Assembly (NCBI RefSeq): GCF_030684315.1
Contig: NC_081362.1
Coordinates: forward strand, 14,502,589 to 14,566,588
Direction of reading: 5' to 3'
Source: Stegostoma tigrinum
Taxonomy: Eukaryota
Length of the DNA: 64,000 nucleotides
Shown here: piece after piece, positions 37,225-50,394 of the stretch
Layout: every line of letters begins with the position of its first letter
Position numbering within the stretch: position 1 is the first letter of the stretch
Made by a program: the position numbers and the translations under genes
The notes under the pieces: generated by a model
Databases searched by the model: none
What the model was told of the DNA's origin: nothing
The model's input: the letters and a program-made list of their open reading frames with translations, nothing else

Positions 37225-37545
37225 ACCAAGGAGGTTATGAATGTAGGATATGCTATCTTTTAAATCAGAGGCTCAACCAAAGCCTGGAGACTTACAAGGT
37301 TAGCACAAAAAAAATCATAGCACTATTTAAAGAGAAGAGGAGCTCATCCTATGGCCTGGCCATCATTTATTCTTGAACCAGCAAAGTAAAAGAAAAATTA
37401 TTTTTTCTTATCAGATTCTTCCTTGCACAATTCATTACTGAATTTCCCTACAACAGCAAGTGCTCTTCAAAAATAGCTGTAAGGTGCACTACAGAGGTCT
37501 TAAAAGATGCTTGTATAAATGCAAACTTGTTTTCTTTTCTCCAAT
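37225..37545 (+). mobile_element. Old SINE remnant (Deu-domain/L2-tail type)
   Basis: GCACTATTTAAAGAGAAGAGGAG..CCTGGCCATCATTTATTC block and L2-like tail TATAAATGCAA. Confidence 0.5.
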
Positions 37546-38041
37546 AAAATTTACTGTAAGTGATCTGTCAGAATTACTCTGAAATAAGCCATTAAGATTG
37601 TATTTTGGCCTTCGGTTTAAATAAAATTTCCTTTCTAATTTGCAACTGGCAAAACAGTCCAATGTTATGTAAATTACACAAAATCTACAAGTATTTGGTA
37701 CCTTTGATCTTACTTTTCTTGGGTTCTTCCTTCTGAGGGAACTGATAAAATAAAGGTTCCTCTGCTTTCCACAAAAAATTTTTCGTAAAATAAAATAATG
37801 GCGAAGCTTACATATGTTTGAGATGTTCACAACTTTGAACTGTTTAATAATGTTCTGTTTCATACAAATTAAGGTTTGAATGTCATTGCACAATGGACTT
37901 CAGATCCAAAATGATTGTGTCTCCCTCACTCCAGTATATTATTACTTACTCCATTAAATTATTCTAATTTAATTTAAATAATTTAAAATATTGTTTCATG
38001 AAATCACTTTCACCTCTGATCTTAATGTCTTATACTTTCAG

Positions 38042-38122
38042 TTCACATTTGCTAAATTGTGGCTGCTATATGCACAATTTGAAGTTCGACAGAAGAACCT
38101 GTCTCTCGCCAGGAGGGCTTTA
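38042..38122 (+). CDS. CRNKL1: CRNKL1 exon 10 (FTFAKLWLLYAQFEVRQKNLSLARRAL)
   Basis: ttcag| acceptor and |gtaagt donor; 81 nt. Confidence 0.97.
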
Positions 38123-39327
38123 GTAAGTGATAAACACCTTCATTGTTTTTTTTTAACTTTACAAAAATGTATCTTTATTAGCTTATGGATATGCCAGTTA
38201 ATTTAGACAGTCATAAATTTCCTTATGACTTCATTGCAGCATCATGCTCCTTTTCTGAAACATTGGTTATCACAGTACACGTTTTAGCAAATGAGTGCAA
38301 AAAATAACAGAAAAAAACAGTTGCCAAGGCAATTGATTTGACTTTCTTTGCAAATGGATTATTTATTTTCATCTACTTAATCCATTGTTGTCTTCATTAC
38401 TTTTTGAGGTGCCAGATGTCCTTATATGAAATTAGTATCAATGGGGTGTTCACCAGAGGAGGTGATGAGCCTGCAACTGACTCTATCTTCAGCTAATATC
38501 TACGCACATAACATGGATTTATAACAGGCGTTAAGTGGATATCCAGCAGAGGAAGGGAAACTGGCTGATTTTTCCATTCCCATTGTGGCGACACTGAGGC
38601 TAAGTGCAGCAGCATCATTATCACCCAGACTGCAATAAGTTTAATTTAGTACAGATGATAATTGAATTTGAGATATTGCCCTGCAGGACTTGGCCTCTTA
38701 ATGGACTATGCTGCTGAATCATTGGGGAAGCAAAGTACAAGATTCTAGCAATACCAAACATAATGTTATACCCCCTCTGTATTAGAATGTTGGAATTAAA
38801 AATAGGTTCTTAAGATAGGAAAGTACACTTAAATATAAATTCTTAACATCAGATCCGAGGCATAAAAAATTTGAATTCCAGAATTGTTGACATGTGACTG
38901 GAAAAGTGCTGACATCAGAATTCACTAATTCAACTGTTAGTTTAGTTGGACGACATCCATGTTGAAACAAGTAACAGTTTTCAGCATCTAAAAGAAACAA
39001 ACATTTTATGTGTAATTCACCGTTAGAAGCCTTGTCATTTTCTCATTTTAGTCGTTACTCAATCTATTTACAGTATTTTTGTGTTTTAGTTGCTCAGAGT
39101 TTATAGAGTTGTTTATTTTTCTATTTCCAGTCAATTTTTTTTAAAAATTTCTAAAGGATGTTATTAAATTGCCTATTCTACCCCACCATGCCATGCCATA
39201 TTATGCTGCCTGCTTTTATTGTTGCAACTAACCTGTTAACTAAAGCAGATTTCTTATTCAGGATCAGGAAAAACTGTATATTAATTCATAATAATTTGTT
39301 AGAATGTTTCTTTCTGCACATGTTCAG

Positions 39328-39567
39328 GGTACTGGCATAGGAAAATGTCCAAAGAACAAGCTGTTCAAAGGGTACATTGAACTAGAGCTCCAGCTTCGTG
39401 AGTTTGATCGGTGTAGGAAGCTCTATGAAAAATACCTGGAGTTTTCACCAGAGAACTGCACTACTTGGATTAAGTTTGCTGAATTGGAGACCATTCTGGG
39501 TGATGTTGAACGTGCTCGTGCCATCTATGAACTGGCAATTGGCCAACCTAGACTAGATATGCCAGAG
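39328..39567 (+). CDS. CRNKL1: CRNKL1 exon 11 ([30 protein letters not shown]...LDMPE)
   Basis: ttcag| acceptor and |gtaaga donor; 240 nt. Confidence 0.97.
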
Positions 39568-41125
39568 GTAAGAGATTTGGTCAGTTCTTCAACGTCATTA
39601 GTAATTTTCACAATTGCACATGCATTGTGCAGCACATTTTGTAACAAGGCCATTACTTGCAACACCAAGTAGGTATTCAAAGACAACATGAATTTAAGAA
39701 TTAGATGATTTCTCACCGCTTGCAATAAATAGTGATTAACTTTTCAACCTATGGTTATAGCTGTGTTATTCTTAACTAATCCTTCATGGAAGAGGAGAAT
39801 TTACATTATGTACTTTGTCAAAGTAATAAACATTCATAGACAATGTAAAACCATGGTTTTCAATTGCACTCATTCATTGCTTAGAAATTGGTTACTTTTA
39901 AAACTGAATATGCTTACTGTCTTTTGTCTATTCTAAAATTGTCTGTTCACTCTGCCTTTGCTTCACTGTCATAGTAACTGTAAATCTCAACATAAATAGA
40001 ACCAGCTATTATCCTGTATGCTTAAGTTTCTATTCTCTAGCACTCACTCCTTTTCATATTTCGTATGACTTTTCTTCCTTCAACCCAGCCTCCTGTAAGA
40101 TTCAATGGAATGAGGAGGAATGTTAGATTTAGAAAAGCTGCGATTTAGTGACTTCATTGGTTCTGTATGAACCTGCCACAAAACTAATAGAAAATAAAAT
40201 TAAAATTTATTTTTGTATGCGATTTCTAACATTGTCCTTTTAAATTGTGCATTTAACCCATGGCATATATTAACTGCTCAAATACCAAATAATAATCCAA
40301 TAACAAAGGTTTCAAATATTGCAAATTTGTATTAATTATAATATTAAAGGGCACTTCTATTTTAAAAAATAAATAATTCCCTAGTATTTTGAGCATTTTA
40401 GTTTGTTTTTGCTTTTGTATTTCTTTTTCAAAAACTAACAGTTTTGTTAAAATAGGAGCTAAGAATGTTACGGTAAAAATTTGTAAAATGTCCTTTTTAG
40501 CTCAATCATACATGATTAGGAAAAAAGCTTTGTGACCGAGTTACTGAAGGAATTTTTTTTTCCCTAAAAGACAGGGTTGTGGTGTTTAAATATTTTCCTG
40601 TAAGGTAGTGAATACATCATTTAGACACTGATTTTGTAAAATCTCGAGAATCTTTATTAAAGCCCCTATGTTATGTCATGTGCATTACTTCAGATTATTA
40701 CTGCTAAAGAGTTATACATTTCACTGATCTGAAATTAGTGACAAGGTTTCATTTTTGGAAGCGGGGCATGGACAGAAGTCTTGTCTGTACTTTGAAAAAA
40801 TGGTGCAAAATACAGAAATAAGTTCTGATATCTGAATCTCATATTGTACCTCATTGTTTTGATTGTCAGTAACGGCCTTCATAAACCAAAGTCAAGTACA
40901 ATTCGGAGTACAATATGAAAAAGATCTGTACATCTCTTTCCAAGACTGGACAATTTAGAGTTGGCCTTGGATCAATTCAACCCCTTTTTCTTTTTAGACT
41001 CAAAGAATACAAGACACATTAACAGTCTACAATTTTGAAGGTCCAAAGGTCTTGAATGTTACCAGCTTCAAATGTTTTCTTAAAAATCTAAGTTAGGTAA
41101 TTTTGTTAAATAAATTACTTTTCAG

Positions 41126-41227
41126 GTTCTTTGGAAGTCTTATATAGACTTTGAAATTGAGCAGGAAGAATATGAAAGAACAAGAAACCTGTACAGGCGC
41201 CTACTTCAACGTACTCAGCACGTTAAG
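41126..41227 (+). CDS. CRNKL1: CRNKL1 exon 12 ([34 protein letters not shown])
   Basis: ttcag| acceptor and |gtatgc donor; 102 nt. Confidence 0.97.
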
Positions 41228-41281
41228 GTATGCTACTTTATAGTTAAGACCATTAAACTTACCTAAAATTGTGACACGTTA

Positions 41282-41720
41282 TAAAATCATTGGCATTGGA
41301 GATGAAGTAGGCCATACAGCTCCTAGAGTCTGCTCCAATGTTCATGAACATTGTGGCTGATTTTAGACTTCAGTTCCAATTTTTCACTGATTCCCAAATC
41401 CACTAATATCAAGCTTAGATTTCAAGAGTCTTAGTCTTGAGTGTGCTGAATGACTGAGCATCCATAGCCCTCTGTGGCTGAAGACTCTTTGAGTGAAGAA
41501 AGTTCACCTCAACACAGTCTAAAATGGCCACCCCTATTCTGAAACTGTACTGTCTACTTCAAGCTTCTACTTCAGGTTTTAGTAAAATAGCATCTTAGGA
41601 TTCAATGAGATGAGCTCTAATTCTTGAGATATGGATCCTTTGTACTCAACCTCATCTGATTGGACAACCTACTCATCCCAGGAATTGAACTGGTGAACAT
41701 GGATTGCACCACCTCTAGGT
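41282..41720 (-). mobile_element. Decayed CR1 3' fragment
   Basis: Reverse complement of the CR1 tail (GTAGGCCAT..AGCTCCTAGAGTCTGCTCC) and RT end. Confidence 0.7.
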
Positions 41721-42199
41721 TCAGAATGATAACTTGCTTTAATAAGTAAGAAATAAAGTATTACTTTGTTCAAAATGTTCATGTGCGTTAATATTAGTTA
41801 ATTTCCTAATAATCTGAAATGATGGCTATTAAAATCAATCAAAGAATCAAATTGATTGTATAAAAATGTTAGGGGCAGAGCAATAGTTGGGGGTGTCATC
41901 AATGCCAGATCAAAACCAGAAAATATTGCAGTTCCTGATGACAAGTGAATGAGTTGTAATCTAATTTTTCTGTTAAACCACTGGTATATACTTTGATGCT
42001 ATCTGAACCTGATTGTTAAGAAACTACTTTATCATTTTTTGCTATGTTACTGTCGACAGAGGCACCTTTATCACATTTGTTTTTGTAGCATGCGCCACTG
42101 TGGTATTGGAGGAAAATGGAAGGAACTTTTTACCCGTGCCCTTGTGTTTTTGTCCTGTAAATCTTCTGAAATTACAATGAATGTTTCTGTTTTCTGTAG

Positions 42200-42448
42200 G
42201 TATGGATCAGTTATGTTCAATTTGAACTTTCTGTGGATGTGCCAGAACGAATATCCAGATGCCGACAAATTTATGAGGATGCCAACAGATCTTTACGGAA
42301 CTGTGAAGAAAAAGAAGAGCGACTCATATTCTTGGAGTCCTGGAGGGACTTTGAAGCAGAATTTGGCACAGAATCTTCACAAGAAAGAGTGCGAAAACTC
42401 ATGCCAGGACGTGTCAAGAAGAGGAGAAAACTGCAGGCAGAAGATGGG
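42200..42448 (+). CDS. CRNKL1: CRNKL1 exon 13 (VWISYVQFELS...VKKRRKLQAEDG)
   Basis: tgtag| acceptor and |gtaagg donor; 249 nt. Confidence 0.97.
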
Positions 42449-42820
42449 GTAAGGCAAAGCATAAATAAAGTTGCTTCTGTTAGTGACAAAGTGGGGATCT
42501 CATTGCTGCTAAACTAATGGCCAACTATATAATTGTCTAAACCTGCTCAAGTATTGTAGAGAACTGCAAGACTGAAAAAATCATGCAATATTATTCTTTT
42601 CCTCCAATAAATGTCCCTCAAATATTGGCTTTTTTTTATTCTGCAACTGATATTAACCTATCCTGGGTTTTATGGAAACTTAGTGCTTGGGAAACTTGCC
42701 TCTTTTCAAGGAAATGTAAAAATAACATGGATTGATTATTTTAGAATCCTGAATGTGACGATATTAGACTTGATGAGATTTTACCAAATAATATTTTCCA
42801 ATAATTTTCTTAACTTGCAG

Positions 42821-42994
42821 ACAGATGCTGGTTGGGAAGAGTATTACGATTACATCTTCCCAGAAGATGCTGCCAATCAACCAAACCTCAAACTGCTTGC
42901 AATGGCCAAGCTTTGGAAGAAACAGCTGCGCGATGAGAAAGAACCAGAAGATAATCCTGACAAAGATACAGATGAAAATGAGACTGAATCATGA
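42821..42994 (+). CDS. CRNKL1: CRNKL1 exon 14 (TDAGWEEYYDYIFPEDAANQPNLKLLAMAKLWKKQ...ETES*)
   Basis: tgcag| acceptor; TGA at 42992-42994. Confidence 0.97.
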   Translation, partial: TDAGWEEYYDYIFPEDAANQPNLKLLAMAKLWKKQLRDEKEPEDNPDKDTDENETES

Positions 42995-43120
42995 TGTATG
43001 GACAATCTTTGCAGAAACTTTCTCCACTCAATTGCTGTTAATTTTTTCCACTTTTTTTCCAAAATATTTTCTAATTTTTTGTACAATATTTCAAAAGCTA
43101 GAACTGTCTTCGAAGTGCTT

Positions 43121-43126
43121 ATTAAA
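43121..43126 (+). terminator. Candidate CRNKL1 polyadenylation signal ATTAAA
   Basis: First hexamer noticed after the stop, followed by a GT/T-rich tract. Confidence 0.5.
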
Positions 43127-43687
43127 TGAGTTTTTGTACCCAGTGTTTATTTTTCAGTAATTCTCGTGCGATACTAAAATTTCCCGTTACATTATTCATA
43201 GCTGTGATCAGAACTTCCAAAGATACTTTCTACAGCCAATCCATACCTACCCATTGTTTGTCTGTACTTCACATTTGATCTCAAAGACTTTAAGGGTTTT
43301 AAACTTGGGGTATTCTATCAATACCTCTTGAACTGTGAGTACAGTAACATAACCACTGTGTTACCATGACTGTTGGTATAAAAGGCTTAATTGGTCATCT
43401 CTAACTCATTCTTTATCCCGTTCTTGTTGCTGGTGTATGGATGCTCTTTCCCTCGCTGTGCAGTTATGTTCAGCAGGAGCAGAGAAGATACAGTCAATAG
43501 CTGTGTCAGGGTTCAAGGTTTAGGAAAATATGAATTGTCCTTACACTTGTGAGAAACTGTTGTAAAGCCATAAGCAAACTTGATTTTTGTCAGTACGTGA
43601 GTTGCAAACTAATTATGTTTGAACAACTGCCCACTTTCATATTTGAAAAGCTGCAAAAAGATGGCTAACCAAGGATCACGACTTCTC

Positions 43688-43885
43688 AGAGATAATAGGA
43701 ACTGTTGATGCTGAAGTCTGAGATAACAAGGTGTAGAGCTGAATGAACACAGCAGGCCAGGCTGCAGCAGAGGAGCAGGAAAGCTGACATTTTGGGTCTG
43801 GATCCTTCAGACCTGAAATATCAGCTCCTGCTCCTCTGATGCTGTCTGGCCTGCTGTGTTCATCCAGCTCTACACCTTGTTATCA
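43688..43885. mobile_element. Fold-back (palindromic) PLE mini-element
   Basis: GATAACAAGGTGTAGAGCTG..AACACAGCAGGCCAG inverted to CTGGCCTGCTGTGTTCATCCAGCTCTACACCTTGTTATC; turns at the stem II hairpin; flanking GACTTCT direct repeat. Confidence 0.85.
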
Positions 43886-45304
43886 CTTGACTTCTGATCT
43901 CCTGCCTTCAAAGAAAACAAAAGAAACCAGAATTATGTCGATTTAGTTACCTTTCCTGAAACGTATTAAAAATGTCATTTAAAATTGCATGGGTGATTGA
44001 GATACAAAGATTCTCAAAGCATGTATTTTGCAACACAAATTATATACTTGACCTAACCATCCACCTTATTTGAAAAATTACTTTGAACTGATGATTACAT
44101 GATGAGATAGCTTCTGCTTGCTTTTAAAATTAAGCAATAAGTAGTTCAGACAATTCTGTCGGAAAGCCATAAAATGAGCTGCAGGTCAACTAAACAAAGA
44201 CTTTTACCCCAATCTCTTCCAACTTCACATTCATCTGAGAACCAACTTCCTGGAAATTCAGTTGCAGAAAACCTTACAACTTACTGAGGATCCTATACTT
44301 CACAAGACCTTCACTTCAGCTAAAGCATCAATTCAATTCAATGAAGAAACTACGTGCCTATCATCAAAAAGACTGAGAAATTGCACAATAATTTTTTGTC
44401 CATCTGCATCTACTGTGCATGCGTTGTAATTTGAGACATCATATTTTGTTTTAAACACTTAAAGTTTGCTGCAGTTGTTCAAATTGGAACGGTCACTCAG
44501 AGGGTAAAAATTACACCAAAAGGTGGGCAAGAAAACATTGCTAACATAGAACATGGTGAGGTTGCCAATTAACAATGATCTTGAGTAACTTGTAATGAGA
44601 TTGACTGTTTTCACAGTTGTCCACGAGCGAGTATGTTGTTGGATGATAAATTCCACCACTTCTTTTATACCTTGAGCTCCAAGTAATTGTATTTTTCAAG
44701 ACATACATTACTTGGTCAAATATTTCTTTCCCGCTTACTCGCAGATTAAAAGTTAGTTGTACTTAGAAGTCTATTATTCTGATTTTCTATGTTTGGAGAA
44801 ACCATGTCAATCAGGGCATTTCAATGTAGCTACTGTCCCAAATTGAACTTGGTCTCTGTGAAATGATGGTTCCATCTGAAAGAAATCTAGGATGTGGCTA
44901 GAACTCTAGATATCCTGTCTTCCTACCTATTGCTCACCTCTGATGGTGTGCACTGACCTTAATAGGCTTTGCATGTCAATTAATCATTGGAAAACACAGG
45001 TAATTTAATGGTGCCTAAGAGGTGAAAATTGCTGCAAACGATTTGGTAATGAGGGAAATGCCGTTCACTTGTGTATGACAGCAGTTCTGGATGCAAGGGA
45101 GCAGTATGGAATACTGGTTGTCATAAAAAGATTTTAGTTTGACTGACCAATCAGTAGACTACAGTTATTAATACTTCACTGCTCAATTCTAAGGCAGTGT
45201 GCAATAGAAAGCACAAACCCTGAATGACAGAAACGAGGATCAGGACAGGTCCCCTAAATAACTGGAGAGACTGTGTGGGGAGCTCGCTCTTTAGTCCACC
45301 ATTG

Positions 45305-45395
45305 GTGATAGAAGGGTCCTGACCCTAAACATCAACTTACCTGCTCCTCTGCTGCCTCGCCTGCTCTGTTCATCCAGCTCCACACTGTGTTATCA
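45305..45395 (+). mobile_element. Degenerate PLE terminal-repeat fragment
   Basis: GAAGGGTCCTGACCCTAAACATC...GTTCATCCAGCTCCACACTGTGTTATC. Confidence 0.7.
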
Positions 45396-46057
45396 GGCTT
45401 GTTGTTCCTTTTACTGCTGTGCTCACATTGGTACTTTTTTTTAAAGTTCTGTCATGGCACATGGGTATAGCTGTTTGGGACAGCATTTAATGCCCTTCCC
45501 CAGTTGCCATTCAGAAGGTGGTGATGAACTGCCTTCTCGAATTGCTGCAGTCCACATGCTGTAAGTTGACCCACATGTCTTTAGGGAGGGAATTCCAAGA
45601 TTTTGACCCAGCGGCAATGAAGTAGTGTTGATCTGTTTCTAAGTCAGGATGGTGAATGCTTGGAGGGGAAATTGCAGGTGTAATGTTTTTGTATATCTGT
45701 TGCTCTTGACCTTCTAGATGGAAATGGTTGTAGGTTTGGAAGCTGCTATCTAAGGTGTCTTGGTGAATTTCTGCATTGCATCTTGTTGATAGTACATACT
45801 GCTGCTACTGTCTTGGTGGTGGAAGGAGTGGCTGGTTGGAGATATGTTGCCAGTCAAGTGGATTGCTTTATCCTGGATGGTGTTAAGCTTCTTGAATGAT
45901 GTTGGAGCTGCACCTGTCCAGCCAAATGGTGAATATTCTTGAACTGTGCCTGATAGACAGTGAACAGGCTTGGGGGAGTCAGGAGGTGAGTTACTCACTG
46001 CAGTATTCCTAGCCTCGGAGCCACTGTATTTACATGATGAGTCCAGTTGAGTTTCCA

Positions 46058-46965
46058 TAAGATGATGGAGCAGAATTAAGCCATTTGGCCCATTGAGTCT
46101 GCTCTGCTATTGGATCACAGCTGATGTTTTTCTCAATCACACTCTCCTGCCTTCTCCCTGTATTGGTCCTCATCAATCAAAAGCCTATCTATCTCGATCT
46201 TAATTTTAACTGAATGACTTGGCCTCCACAGCCTCTGCAACAATGAGTTCCAAAGACTAATACCCTCTGCTGAAGAAATACCTCTGAAGGGCTACCCCTT
46301 TGCTCTGAGGCAGGCCCTAGTCTCTACTACTATTGGACATGGAAAAGATGTTTCCAATCTATCCAGGCTTCTCAGTATTCTGTAAGTTTCAATTTGACTC
46401 CCCAACCCACCTCCCCACTCTGTCCTTCAAAATTCCATTTAGTACAGGCCTAGAGTCCTTAACAGCTCCTCATACAACAAGTCCTTCATCCTCAGGATCA
46501 TTCTTGTAAACCTCCTCCAAGGCCAGCACATCCAACCTTAGGCATGGGATCCAAAACTGCTCAAGTCTGAATACAGCCTTATACAACCTTGGTAATACAT
46601 CTCTGCTCTTGTATTCTAGCCTGCTGAAATTAATGTTAACTTTTGCATTTGTCTTCCTAACCACCAACTGAACCTGCATGTTAACCTTAAGAGAATCCTG
46701 AACTTGGTCTTGCAAGTCTCTATGTGCTTCAGGTTTTTGAAGCCTTTCCACATTTGGAAGATAATTTATGCGTCTATTCTTCCTACCAAAGTACATACCC
46801 TCACAATTTCCCACAGTGTATTCCATCTGTCACTTCTTTACCCACTGTCTTAGCCTGTCCAAGTCCTTCTGCAGCCTTCCTCAACACTACCTGTCCCTCC
46901 AACTACCTTGGTGTCATCTGCAGACTTAGCAACAATGCCTTCAGGTTCTTTGTCCAGGTCATTGT
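46058..46965 (-). mobile_element. CR1 3' fragment
   Basis: MEYTVGNCEGMYFGRKN...VQDSLKVNMQVQ...LEYKSRDVLPRLYKA; CR1 tail. Confidence 0.88.
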
Positions 46966-47067
46966 AATGTGAATAGTCAATGGTAACCTCAAGGATGTTG
47001 ATTGTGGGGAATTCAGTGTGGTAACACCATTGAACAACAAGCAGCAGTGGTTAGATTGTCTCTTTTA

Positions 47068-47372
47068 TAATGGTATTATCGCTGGACTGTTAATCCAGAG
47101 ACCCAGATAACATTCTGGGGACCTGGGTTCGAATCTCACCATGGCAGATGGTGGAATTTGAATTCAATAAATATCTGGAATTAAGAACCTACTGATGACT
47201 GTGAATCCATTGTCAACGTTGGAAAAATACATCTGGTTCACTAATGTCCTTTAGGGAAGGAAATTACCATGTGACCCCTGACCCACAGACTCTTAACCGC
47301 CCTCTGGGCAATTAGAGATGGGCAATAAATGCTGCCTAGCCAGCGATGCCCTCAACACCTGAATGAATAAAG
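47068..47372 (+). mobile_element. tRNA-derived SINE (second family)
   Basis: B box GGTTCGAATC ~47126; tail GGGCAATTAGAGATGGGCAATAAATGCTG..GAATGAATAAA; other copies at 47600-47937(-), 30555-30890(-), 57740-58085(+), 1-120(-). Confidence 0.8.
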
Positions 47373-47599
47373 GTAATCACATGATCTAAATAAGCCTGAT
47401 GGGGCAGTAATTGACTGGGTTGGATCTGTCCTGTGCCAGGCCATACCTAGGAAATTTAACATTGTCAGGTAGATACCAGTGTTGTAGTGGAACAGCTTAC
47501 CTAGTGGAATGGCAAGTTCTGAAGCACATCTTCAGTGCTATTGCTGGATTGTTGTTAAGACCCATAGCCTCTCTAGTATCCAGTGTCTGTTTTAAAATT

Positions 47600-47937
47600 T
47601 GCTCAGAGGATGAGGGCATCACTGGCTAGGTCCAGCATTAATTGCCCATCCCCTAATTACCCAGAGGACAGTTAAGAGTCAACCACATTGCTGTGGGTCT
47701 GGAGTCACATGTAGGCCAGACCAGATAAGGATAGCTGATTTTCTTCCATAAAAGGAATGTGTGAACCAGATGGATTTTTCCTGACAATCAACAATGGATT
47801 CACGGTCATCACTAGACACTTAATTCCAGATTTTTAACTCAAATTCCACCATCTACCATGGTCGGATTTGAACTTATGTCCCCAGAATGTTACCTGGGTC
47901 TCTTGATTAATAGCACAATGATAATACCACTTGGCCA
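47600..47937 (-). mobile_element. tRNA-derived SINE (second family), inverted relative to 47068-47372
   Basis: Reverse-complement match along the whole length. Confidence 0.8.
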
Positions 47938-50394
47938 TTGTCTTCCATCTTGATAGCATGTGGAATAAATCAAATTGATTGGGGACTGGTATCTGTAAGG
48001 CTGGAGACCATAGAAGGGTGAGATGGATCTTCCACTCGACATTTCTGGCTGAAGATTGCACAAATGCTTCAGTATTGTCTTTTGCACTGATGTGCTGGGC
48101 TCTTCTGGTTATATTTGTCAAGCCTCTTCCTCTAGTGAATTGTTTAATTGCTCACAACCATTCATGATTGGACCGGTAAGAAAAGGATTTTGATAGGAAT
48201 GGATGGTTTGAGCTATGGGGAAGAGGCCAAGACTTTTTTTTTCTCCTGAAGCATCGTAGGCAGACAATTACCTTTACAGAAGTTATAAAATAATGAGAGA
48301 TGTGGATAGGGTGAATAGCTATGGTCTTTTTTTCTCCCCAGGGTAGGGGAAACCAACATCGCTGACTGCAAAGCTTGGAGCTGATCTGTTGGTCATGGGA
48401 GCACTCAGCTCTGTCTATTACTTGCTGCTTATGCTGTGTAGCATTCAAGTAGTCCTATTTGGTAGGTTCACAAAGTTGATATCTCATTTTTAGGCATGCC
48501 TGAAGCTGCTCCTAGACTGTCCATTGAACCAGGATTGATTTCCCTGGCTTGATTGTGAATGATTGAGGCTGGGATATGCTTGGCCATAAGGTAATAGATT
48601 ACGCTGAAGTACAATTCTGCAGCTGTTGATGGCCCACAGCACAGCTTGGATGCCCGATCTTTAGTTGCTAGATCTGTTTGAAGCCTGTCCTATTTATCAG
48701 TGATAATACCAGGCAACATGATGGAGGGTGTTCTAAATGCGAAAGCAGGACTTTGACTGAAAAAGGATTGAGGTAAAGTATGTTTTTCTCTCACCACGTG
48801 CCACAGACCCAGTCCAGCAGCTATGTCCTTTAGGACCCAACCAGCTTAATATGTAGTGCCGCTGCTGCTGAGTCACTGTTGGTGACAGAATGAAATCACT
48901 GGTATGAATGTCGTGATGGTGGGACAGGACACATCCAAAGATGATAATGGGTGGTGTCTTGAACATATGACTCCATGAGTATGACTATGTCAGAGTGTTG
49001 CTTGACTAGTTTTGAGAGTCTCCTGTCCCAATTTTGGCACTAATTCCCAAATGTTAGTAAGGAGACCTTTGCACGGTTGACATGGGTAGTCAAAAATTGA
49101 AAAAGTCACCTACTGTAGAAATCTTAAATAGACATCAAGAAGAGGTAGGTATCAGAACACTTATCTGAATCAGATTTTTTACACTTCACAGCTCTATGTC
49201 CTACATAATTCTGCATAACCAGTGAAAAGGTTTCAAATGTTCTCCTTTGTTGTTTTAATGTTAAGAGGGAAGCATAAGATGAAGCACCTATTTTGATTTA
49301 ATTACTCTGGTTGCCACGTGGGACAGTGGGCAGCAAGACACTGTAACCAACCCATTATAATGTCTTCACCTTACCCCTAGGAGTGTCTCATTTTTGAAGG
49401 CTCTCCTTTAAATTTACTTCACCAGGTCTTCTCTGGCCAGCTCCAAATTATTTGTCATATGGTGGTGTTAGTTCTACTGCCATTCCAGCATATCCCAGTA
49501 TCCAATATCTGTCCCTGAGACCCTGCGGACATTTTTAACCAGTCTCCTCTACTGACAAAGCGATCTCTTCTTACGACACTCTGAAAATACCCAATTTACA
49601 ATGACACCTTTGTCATATACCAACCACAGGATATGGATGGGAACAAGAGGACGTGTAGAATTGCACCTTCCTGCACAAGCTGATGGTTTTGGCCCAACCA
49701 GAGATTTGGGAGATTATCAGCCAGCGCTCCCTTATTCCCTTCTGGATATATTTACCTCTGTATCAGGTAATAAATGTGCTTGTAGGATGATAGACAGAGT
49801 AGGTGCTTTTGAGTGTGAGAAACATTTCTGCCAGAATCACACCTTCAGTGGACAGATGGAAGGAATACAGGAAATTCAAATGTTACATCACAAATAATCG
49901 ATCCATCTTCTCTCATGTTTTTATCTTTTCCATGCACTTTCTCTTTTCCTGCAACTGAGTTTATACATCTGTGAAACTGTCCCATTTAACTCCCCACATG
50001 TAATTTAAATTTAACCACCTTCATAACATACATATTTTGCCAACCATGAAACTCCCTCTTACTCCCCAGAAACTCTCACACCATCTGTTAGTTACCCCTA
50101 TGGGGATCACTCCCAATCAAGGAGCCATGTCCACCTTACTCAAGCTTCAGTTTGCATTTGGGGTGGTAACCTAGATGGTCTCCAGAGCATGCAACTACAA
50201 TGAAGACGCTCAGTGTGTCAAGGGCACTCCCTGACTGTATACACGATTACAGAAAATAACAATTACAAGTACAAGCAGAAATTATCAGGAGAGTGCCTAA
50301 ATAATAATGGCCTATAATTACTACCTCAATTGTTTCATTTCATTATCCTGATGAGCATGAGAAAATAAATGAATCACTGGACTTCTTTTCTACA

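Larger units (their letters stand above)
45435..49085 (-). mobile_element. Long decayed CR1/L2-group LINE hosting a nested CR1 (46058-46965) and two SINEs
   Basis: VQEYSPFGWTGAAPTSFKKLNTIQDKAIHL (RT C-terminus), ISAKDNTEAF; 3' tail at 45450-45520. Confidence 0.75.
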
